A stretch of DNA of 64,000 nucleotides from an uncultured Streptomycetaceae bacterium (lineage in GTDB: Bacteria > Pseudomonadota > Gammaproteobacteria > Burkholderiales > SG8-41): assembly GCA_964521405.1 (NCBI GenBank), contig CAZFRR010000065.1:357-64356 (forward strand), read 5' to 3'. The translations under genes were made by a program, and so were the position numbers. Of this stretch, positions 57,611 through 64,000 are shown in pieces (the first letter of the stretch is position 1; each line of letters starts with the position of its first letter). The notes under the pieces were generated by a model that did no database searches, was not told the DNA's origin, and saw only the letters and a list, made by a program, of their open reading frames with translations.

Positions 57611-58510
57611 TCAGCGCACTTCCTCGACTTTGACCAGCACGCGCCGGCTGTCGCGCGTCGTCGTGGTGGTGCGCCCGAATAGGACCGACTGCTGCCCGCT
57701 GGCATCCTGGCCGATGCCGCCAATCTCCATCCATTCACCGAGCCGGCCGGAAACCGTCGTCACCACGCTCTGGACGTTCACGGCGCCCGGAACCTGCCGC
57801 GACAGCGACTCCCGCTGCGGGCTGATATCGAGCGTGACGCGATCGCCCGCGAGCCGGGGCAGCACGTAAAAGCCGGTATTGGCGTCGCGGTACTGGGTGC
57901 CCTCCACGACCTGCTCCACCACCTGCCCGTTGATGACGACGCGGCGCACCTGCCGCTCGCGCACGGGCACCGATTGGCCGACGGACACGAAGGCCTCGCG
58001 CCCCTCCATGACTCGCACCGCCTGCGTGCTGCGGTCGCTTTCCACGCGGCGATTCTCCACGGCCTGCGCACGCACCCGGTCGTCGCCTTCGCCGATGACC
58101 ACGCTGCCGCCTCTCGCATCGCGGCTGCCGGGTGGAATGGTTATCCGGCCCTGCTCGCCGCCCACGCTGCCCGACACTGAGGCGGAACTGCGGCTGCGGT
58201 CGATGTCGGCATCCTGCCGCACCGTGATCAGCAGCTGCCGCGGGGCGGTGTCGATGCTGGCGAGAATGCGCTTGATCTCTTCCAGGTTGGCGGGCGTGGT
58301 GCGAACGATCAACTGGCCCTGCAAGCCGCTCACGCTGCCTTCACGCGAGAGCATCGGCTGGATGATAGGGATCACTTCCGGCGCCGTGCGGTAGCGCAAC
58401 GGGATCACTTCGAGGACGGCGATCTGGGACAGAACCGCGCCAGCTGAGCAAAGCAATGCAACAGCAACGAAAATAGCGGTTGCGCGGATTGCCGAAAAAA
58501 ACAGTTTCAT
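57611..58510 (-). CDS. Short secretin-like periplasmic/outer-membrane protein (secretin N-domain plus truncated secretin-like C-region)
   Basis: ORF 57611..58624. The ATG at 58510 gives the signal peptide MKLFFSAIRATAIFVAVALLCSAGA. It has a Secretin_N-like segment VIPLRYRTAPEVIPIIQPML...LIVRTTPANLEEIKRILASID. It is about 299 aa. Confidence 0.6.
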   Translation of the reverse strand: MKLFFSAIRATAIFVAVALLCSAGAVLSQIAVLEVIPLRYRTAPEVIPIIQPMLSREGSVSGLQGQLIVRTTPANLEEIKRILASIDTAPRQLLITVRQDADIDRSRSSASVSGSVGGEQGRITIPPGSRDARGGSVVIGEGDDRVRAQAVENRRVESDRSTQAVRVMEGREAFVSVGQSVPVRERQVRRVVINGQVVEQVVEGTQYRDANTGFYVLPRLAGDRVTLDISPQRESLSRQVPGAVNVQSVVTTVSGRLGEWMEIGGIGQDASGQQSVLFGRTTTTTRDSRRVLVKVEEVR

Positions 58511-58627
58511 TTGCGACAAGATGCCTGTCTCAACGCGGATGGCCATCGCCAGTTTACGCCAGGCGAAATTGCCCCCGGCTCGTTTCAAAGCCGCCCGGGC
58601 AGGATCATCGTGGCTGGCGCACATGTG

Positions 58628-58656
58628 TTGTTAATGAGAATGATTCTTGATAGTAT
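58628..58656 (+). promoter_or_regulatory. Sigma70-type promoter (TTGTTA-N17-TAGTAT) with an overlapping Fur-box-like site
   Basis: TTAATGAGAATGATTCTTGATAG (58631-58653) matches about 13 of 18 positions of the GATAATGATAATCATTATC consensus. It lies about 50 nt upstream of the Fe(3+)-binding protein gene. Confidence 0.55.
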
Positions 58657-58705
58657 TGAACTCGCAGCCCCAGTTATTCGCCAGAATATTCACCATAGCT
58701 CTTTT

Positions 58706-59743
58706 ATGATCAAACACTTGCGTAGTATAGCCGGCTTTTTGCTGGCGCTGACATGCGTCATAGGGATGAATTCCACCAGCGCCCAGGAAAAAGTGTTGAA
58801 CCTCTATTCGTCCCGCCATTACGAGACGGACGAGGCGCTCTACACCCAGTTCACCCAGCAGACCGGCATCAAGTTGAACCGCATCGAGGGCGGCGAGGAC
58901 GCGCTGATCGAGCGCATCCGCAACGAGGGCGACAAGAGCCCGGCCGACGTGCTGATCACCGTGGACGCAGGCCGGCTGTGGCGCGCCGAACAACTGGGGC
59001 TGTTCCAGCCGGTCAAGTCCAGGGTGCTGGAAGCCCGCCTGCCCACCTCCTACCGTCATCCCGACGGCCTGTGGTTTGGCTACTCGGCGCGGGCGCGCAT
59101 CATCGCTTACAGCAAATTGCGGGTTAAGCCCGGCGAGATTGCCAGCTACGAAGATCTAGCCAACCCGAAATGGAAAGGCAGGATCTGCACGCGCTCCGCG
59201 GGACACGTCTACAACCTTTCGCTCATCAGTTCTCTGGTCAGTCACCTGGGCGAAGCCAGGACCGAGGAATGGGCCAGGGCCGTCGCTGCCAACCTCGCGC
59301 GCGCGCCCAAGGGCGGTGACTCCGACCAATTGAAGAGCGTGGCGGCCGGAGAATGCGATCTGGCGATCAGCAATACCTATTACTACGTCCGCCTGCTGAG
59401 ATCGAGTAAACCGGACGAGCGCGAGGTGGCGAAAAAAGTGGGCGTGATACTGCCGAACCAGAAGGACCGCGGCACACACGTCAATGTTTCAGGCGCGGGC
59501 ATGCTGAAGCACGCGCCCCATAAGGAAGCCGCCATGCTCTTCCTCGAGTACCTGGCGAGCGATGAAGCGCAGAATTACTTCGCCAACGGCAATAACGAAT
59601 GGCCGGTAGTGCCGACGGTCAAGCTCGATAACGCCGCGCTCGCCACGCTCGGCAAGTTCAAGACCGACTCCCTGAATGTCGCCGCGATCGGAAAAAATCA
59701 GCCGGTCGCGCAGAAAATCGCGGACCGCTCCGGCTTCAAATGA
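58706..59743 (+). CDS. Fe(3+) ABC transporter substrate-binding protein (FbpA/FutA-like)
   Basis: ORF 58511..59743. The ATG at 58706 gives the signal peptide MIKHLRSIAGFLLALTCVIGMNSTSAQ. The segment VLNLYSSRHYETDEALY is present. Confidence 0.88.
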   Translation: MIKHLRSIAGFLLALTCVIGMNSTSAQEKVLNLYSSRHYETDEALYTQFTQQTGIKLNRIEGGEDALIERIRNEGDKSPADVLITVDAGRLWRAEQLGLFQPVKSRVLEARLPTSYRHPDGLWFGYSARARIIAYSKLRVKPGEIASYEDLANPKWKGRICTRSAGHVYNLSLISSLVSHLGEARTEEWARAVAANLARAPKGGDSDQLKSVAAGECDLAISNTYYYVRLLRSSKPDEREVAKKVGVILPNQKDRGTHVNVSGAGMLKHAPHKEAAMLFLEYLASDEAQNYFANGNNEWPVVPTVKLDNAALATLGKFKTDSLNVAAIGKNQPVAQKIADRSGFK

Positions 59744-59781
59744 TGTACCGGGGGGGCCACTCCCTTCGTTAGAACCGGTAA

Positions 59782-60022
59782 CAGAATGAGTGGTCGCGGA
59801 GCAAACGAACCACCCCCACCCTGGCCCTCCCGGTCCCCCACTCCTTCCCTCTCCCCCGAAAGGGGAGAGGAAGCTCGAGCCTCCCCTCTCAGCTTGGGAG
59901 AGGGGCGAGGGGGAGGGAATGTTTATTTCCTCTCGCAGAAAAGAGTTCTCCTTCCCCCTGAGGGGGAAGAAAAAATTCCCCTTCCCCCTCAGGGGGAAGG
60001 TTGGGATGGGGGTGGTTTCACC
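59782..60022. repeat. GC-rich nested-palindrome element, copy 2 (inverted relative to copy 1, with a 78-nt nested insertion)
   Basis: It is collinear with the reverse complement of 36858-37023. The exception is that the loop of the first hairpin is replaced at 59831-59908 by two extra hairpins (TTCCCTCTCCCC-CGAA-AGGGGAGAGGAA and CCTCCCCTCTC-AGCT-TGGGAGAGGGG). Confidence 0.85.
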
Positions 60023-60033
60023 AGTCGTTTCAT

Positions 60034-61704
60034 TTATCGTCGTTCCGCCGCGATCCGGGCGCGCATCAGGGACCGCGACAGCAGTATCAGCGGCACCACG
60101 CCCACCGCCACGATGGTGAGCGCGGGGGCGGCCAATTCACTCAGGCGCTCGTCGCTCGCCAGGTTATAGGCATGAACCGCGAGCGTGTCGAAGTTGAACG
60201 GCCGCATCATGAACGTCACCGGCAGCTCCTTCATCACGTCCACGAACACCATCAGCGCGGCGATCATCAGGCTCGGCATCAACAGCGGCACGTGCACTCG
60301 CATCAGTATGCCGCGGGCATTGGCGCCGAGAATGCGCGCGGCGTCATCCATGCTGGGCGTGACCTTGGCGAGCCCCGCTTCCACGCTTTGCAGCGCAACC
60401 GCCAGGAAACGCACCAGGTAGGCGTACACCAGGGCCATCATCCCGCCGGTGAGTATCAAGCCGGTGGAGATTCCGAACAGGGATTGCAGCCAGCCTGACA
60501 GCGCGTGATCCAGCCGGGTCACGGGGATCAGGATGCCCACCGCGATCACGGCCCCGGGGACGGCATATCCCAGCGCAGCCAGGCGGTGCGCCGCGAGCCC
60601 GATGAGGTTGGCGCCGGCGCGCGCGGAGTAAGCGATCAGCAGGGCCAGGATCACGGCGCAGGCCGCCGTGACGGCGGATACCGACACGCTGTTCCAGACC
60701 AGCTTGAAGTAACGCGCGCCGAAATGGAGGTCACCGCCCGCCACCGACAGGTCGAGCAATAGGGCCGCGGGCAGGAGAAATCCGGCGGCGACCGGCACTG
60801 TGCATGCCAGCACTGCCGCACCAGCGGGCAAACCGCGCAATCGCTGCGGCACCAGGTGGCGGCGCACGGAGCGATCGTCGAATCGCGCCCGCCCGCGGCT
60901 CACGCGCTCCGCGATCAGCACCACCGCGACAAATCCCAGCAGCGCCGCGGCCAGCTGCGCGGCGGCGATGCGATCGCCCAGCGACAACCAGGCGCGATAA
61001 ATGCCGGTGGTGAAAGTGGGTAACGCGAAATACGATACGGTGCCGAAATCGGCAAGCGTCTCCATCAATGCCAGCGTCACACCCGCCGCGATACCCGGCC
61101 GGGCGAGCGGCAGCGCCAGCCTGAAAAAACTCCGCCACGGGCCGTAGCCCAGGCTGCGGCCGGCCTCGATCATCCCCGCCGCCTGTTCCAGGAACGCGGC
61201 GCGGGCCAGCAGATAGACGTAAGGATAGAAAACGAATGAAAAAATGACCGCGGCGCCGCCGAGCGAGCGCACCTCGGGAAACCAGTATTCCCTGGGGCCC
61301 CATCCGAACCAGGCGCGCAACCCGGTCTGCACCGGCCCGGTGAACTGGAAAAAATCGGTATAGGCATAGGCCATGACGTAGGCCGGAACCGCGAGCGGCA
61401 GGATCAGCGCCCATTCGAAGAAACCGTGCCCCGGAAAACGGCACATCGTCGTCAGCCAGGCCGTGGCGACACCGATCGCTGTCACGCCCATGCCGACCCA
61501 CAGCATGAGCCACAGTGTGTTGACGATGTACTCCGGCAGCACGGTCGCCGCGAGGTGCGCCCAGGTCTCGCCACTGGGCGTGAAAACGCTGCCCAGCACG
61601 ACCACGACCGGCACCGCCAGCACAGCGGCTGCCACACTGGCCAGGAGCGACAAGGTATTCCAACCCCGCCCCCGATATGCGGACTTATCCTCTATCGAAC
61701 TCAT
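60034..61704 (-). CDS. Fe(3+) ABC transporter permease (two-domain, FbpB-like)
   Basis: 556 aa with duplicated binding-protein-dependent permease domains. Confidence 0.88.
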   Translation of the reverse strand: MSSIEDKSAYRGRGWNTLSLLASVAAAVLAVPVVVVLGSVFTPSGETWAHLAATVLPEYIVNTLWLMLWVGMGVTAIGVATAWLTTMCRFPGHGFFEWALILPLAVPAYVMAYAYTDFFQFTGPVQTGLRAWFGWGPREYWFPEVRSLGGAAVIFSFVFYPYVYLLARAAFLEQAAGMIEAGRSLGYGPWRSFFRLALPLARPGIAAGVTLALMETLADFGTVSYFALPTFTTGIYRAWLSLGDRIAAAQLAAALLGFVAVVLIAERVSRGRARFDDRSVRRHLVPQRLRGLPAGAAVLACTVPVAAGFLLPAALLLDLSVAGGDLHFGARYFKLVWNSVSVSAVTAACAVILALLIAYSARAGANLIGLAAHRLAALGYAVPGAVIAVGILIPVTRLDHALSGWLQSLFGISTGLILTGGMMALVYAYLVRFLAVALQSVEAGLAKVTPSMDDAARILGANARGILMRVHVPLLMPSLMIAALMVFVDVMKELPVTFMMRPFNFDTLAVHAYNLASDERLSELAAPALTIVAVGVVPLILLSRSLMRARIAAERR

Positions 61705-61820
61705 CTTCCGTTCCGGCTCAAATCAAATCCAGCCTGCTAATAGGGCCTATCGCGTTGCTCGGCCCTTTGACTCGCGTAATAGTCTTAAAATCAATGGGTT
61801 CATTCTACCCCCCATCCATG

Positions 61821-61852
61821 ACAATGAGAATGCTTCTTGTTAACTGTATAAT
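61821..61852 (+). promoter_or_regulatory. Second Fur-box-like site (ACAATGAGAATGCTTCTTGTTAA) followed by TATAAT 6 nt upstream of the ATG
   Basis: It shares the core AATGAGAATGNTTCTTG with the site at 58631-58653. TATAAT lies at 61847-61852 and the ATG at 61859. Confidence 0.45.
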
Positions 61853-61858
61853 TGGGGT

Positions 61859-62941
61859 ATGGCTGCCCTATTGGAACTGACTGGCGTCCAGCACGGCTAC
61901 AACGGGCGACGGGTGCTCACCAATTTCTCGCTGACGCTCGCACGCGGCGAGATTGGCTGCGTGCTGGGCCCGAGCGGTTGCGGCAAGACCACAGTGCTGC
62001 GCTGCGTCGCCGGCTTCGAGAAGATTGCTGCCGGCCGCATCGCGTTGAACGGCGAGGAAGTGAGCCGTCCCGGCCGCACCGTCCCGCCCGAGCAGCGCCG
62101 GGTCGGCATGGTGTTTCAGGACTACGCCCTCTTTCCTCACCTCACCGTGGCGGAAAACGTGGCTTTCGGCTTGCGCAAGCTTGACGCTTCCGCCCGCGCC
62201 CGGCGGGTGGGCGAGACGCTCGAAGTGATCGGCATGACGCGCGCCGCGGAACGCTACCCGCACGAGTTGTCCGGCGGGCAGCAACAGCGCGTCGCGCTCG
62301 CGCGCGCGGTTGCGCCCCAGCCGGAGTTATTGCTGCTGGACGAGCCTTTCTCCAACCTGGACGTCGACCTGCGCGAGCGCCTCGGACTCGAGATCCGGGA
62401 CATCCTCAAGCAGCAGAACATGACTGCGATCCTGGTGACGCACGACCAGCACGATGCTTTTGCGATCGCCGATGCCATCGGCATCATGAGAAAAGGCCGC
62501 ATCGAGCAATGGGGCGCGCCCTACGATCTCTATCACAGGCCGGCGACCCGCTTCGTGGCGGACTTCGTCGGGCAAGGCGCGTTCCTGCCCGGCACGGTGC
62601 TGGATGACCACCGCATCCGGCTCGAGCTGGGAGTGTTCCAGGGCAACGTGACGGATACCTGGCCCCAGGGCGCCGTGGTGGACGTGCTGCTGCGCCCCGA
62701 TGACATCATTCACGATGACTCAAGCCCCCTGCAGGCGCAAGTGCTGCACAAGGCTTTCCGCGGCGCCCAGTTCCTCTACACCTTGCAACTACCGGGCGGC
62801 GGGCGCGTGCTGTCGCTGGTGCCGAGCCACCACAATCACGCCATCGGCGAGAGAATCGGCATCCGCCTGGAAATTGACCACCTCGTCGCTTTTCCGCGCG
62901 AAGCAGCGGAAAACAGCCCGGCCAGCGTCCTGAGTCACTAG
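61859..62941 (+). CDS. ABC transporter ATP-binding protein (FbpC/PotA-like)
   Basis: 360 aa with Walker A GPSGCGKTT, signature LSGGQQQRVALAR and Walker B LLLDEPFS. Confidence 0.9.
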   Translation: MAALLELTGVQHGYNGRRVLTNFSLTLARGEIGCVLGPSGCGKTTVLRCVAGFEKIAAGRIALNGEEVSRPGRTVPPEQRRVGMVFQDYALFPHLTVAENVAFGLRKLDASARARRVGETLEVIGMTRAAERYPHELSGGQQQRVALARAVAPQPELLLLDEPFSNLDVDLRERLGLEIRDILKQQNMTAILVTHDQHDAFAIADAIGIMRKGRIEQWGAPYDLYHRPATRFVADFVGQGAFLPGTVLDDHRIRLELGVFQGNVTDTWPQGAVVDVLLRPDDIIHDDSSPLQAQVLHKAFRGAQFLYTLQLPGGGRVLSLVPSHHNHAIGERIGIRLEIDHLVAFPREAAENSPASVLSH

Positions 62942-63924
62942 GGTTTGAACTGCGCCCGCACTGCTCGCGCGAGCTCGTAGACGGCAAGCGCATAGTTGAT
63001 GCTGCGGTTGTAGCGGGTGATCACGTAGAAATTGTTAAGACCGAGCCAGTAGCGCGGTCCGTTCTCAGTCTCCACCACGAACAGGGCCGCTTCGGCTTCA
63101 TCCTCGAGCGGAATGGCCGGCGTTACACCCAGACGCTTCAACTCGGCGATCTTAAATTGCGGCCGGATGCCGGCTTCCAGCGCGGCGTCCGCGCCGGCAC
63201 CCTCCACCCCCGCCGGCACGACGACCGCTTCGCCGCTCCGCCAGCCGTGGGCCTTGTAATAATTGGCGACACTGCCGATCGCATCCGCGGTCGTTCCCAT
63301 CAGGTCCCGCCTGCCATCGCCGTCGAAATCCACCGCGTAACGACGGTAGCTGCTGGGAAGAAATTGGGGAATCCCGATGGCTCCGGCATAGGAGCCCCTG
63401 ATCCTCGCTGCATCCAATCCCGTCTCGCGCGTGAGCAGCAGATACTCCTCGAGCTGCGCCCGGAACAGTTCGGCGCGCGGCGGATACTGGAATGCCAGCG
63501 TGGTCAGCGCATCGAGGACCCTGTGGCTGCCGGTGTTACGGCCATATAGCGTCTCCACGCCGATGGTGGCGACGATGATTTCCTCGGGCACGCCGTATTC
63601 GAGGCTCGCTCTTGCCAGGGTGGCCGCGTGCGCGCGCCAGAACGCGGCGCCGGCGTTGATACGCGCAGGGTCCACGTTCCGGCTGCGGAACTCGTGCCAC
63701 GGCCGCGCCGTCACAGGCGCGGAGATGGCCTGGAGAATGCCCGGGCGCGTCCGCGCCTGGCCGAACAGCCTGCGCAACGCGCTCTCCTCGAACCGGTGCT
63801 TTTGCACCATCTCCCCGATGAACGACTCGATCTCCGGAGAAAGCGGTTGCTGCGCCGAAACGGTTGCCGCCGCCTGGCTCAACAGGAAAATCAGTAGCGC
63901 GAGGGAACCGATGCGAGATCGCAT
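62938..63924 (-). CDS. mltB: Lytic murein transglycosylase B
   Basis: ORF 62938..63963. The ATG at 63924 gives the signal peptide MRSRIGSLALLIFLLSQAAATVSAQ. MltB-family segments GVETLYGRNTG and GAIGIPQFLPSSY are present. Confidence 0.88.
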   Translation of the reverse strand: MRSRIGSLALLIFLLSQAAATVSAQQPLSPEIESFIGEMVQKHRFEESALRRLFGQARTRPGILQAISAPVTARPWHEFRSRNVDPARINAGAAFWRAHAATLARASLEYGVPEEIIVATIGVETLYGRNTGSHRVLDALTTLAFQYPPRAELFRAQLEEYLLLTRETGLDAARIRGSYAGAIGIPQFLPSSYRRYAVDFDGDGRRDLMGTTADAIGSVANYYKAHGWRSGEAVVVPAGVEGAGADAALEAGIRPQFKIAELKRLGVTPAIPLEDEAEAALFVVETENGPRYWLGLNNFYVITRYNRSINYALAVYELARAVRAQFKP

Positions 63925-64000
63925 GGGATTGGAAGCGATCTCGGGATTATTCACCAGCCGCATTGTAGCCCCGCGCGGCCAGGAGCGGGTTGGGGATGTC

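Noticed and set aside
59786-60169. 127-aa ORF across the GC-rich palindrome element, and its counterpart at 36662-37015 (PLRGKKKFPFPLRGKVGMG).
   Set aside because: Both strands of the palindromic element give similar open frames. The sequence is better explained as nested hairpins repeated at three other loci.

Overview
High-GC chromosomal core region with betaproteobacterial-type synteny. I call 57 protein-coding genes and 2 tRNAs. The recognisable blocks are: aminotransferase-hom-thrC; surE-pcm-nlpD; tRNA-Val-thrS-infC-rpmI-rplT-pheS-pheT-ihfA-merR-tRNA-Pro; comEC; lolC-lolD; an RpfE-like gene-recJ-prfB-lysS; bamD/rluD-pgeF; phaC-phaB-phaR-rimO; and a Fur-box-associated Fe(3+) ABC transporter. 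There is no integrase, transposase, CRISPR array, toxin-antitoxin pair or recognisable defence gene, so the protein content looks ordinary. The unusual signal is non-coding. About 28 loci carry arrays of degenerate short-period tandem repeats, mostly 7 nt, some 8 or 9 nt. They occupy most tandem and convergent intergenic spacers and several gene termini, and one lies inside recJ. The arrays usually come as two inverted arms that form long imperfect hairpins around a variable core. At least ten sequence flavours share this one architecture, and the same flavour recurs at distant loci. A second family of GC-rich nested-palindrome modules occurs at four loci. It includes a 151-nt MITE-like copy with 14-bp terminal inverted repeats and an AATT duplication, and a copy that carries a nested insertion. 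Other points of interest:
- PheT lacks its N-terminal tRNA-binding domain.
- infC has a non-canonical AUC start.
- prfB has the classic +1 frameshift site.
- A terminator-like structured leader lies between tRNA-Val and thrS.
- A half-size secretin-like protein is coupled to a DinG/YoaA helicase, next to a Fur-box promoter.
- fbpC may be translated from a leaderless transcript.
All coordinates were counted by hand from ORF-track anchors, so repeat boundaries may be off by 1-2 nt.
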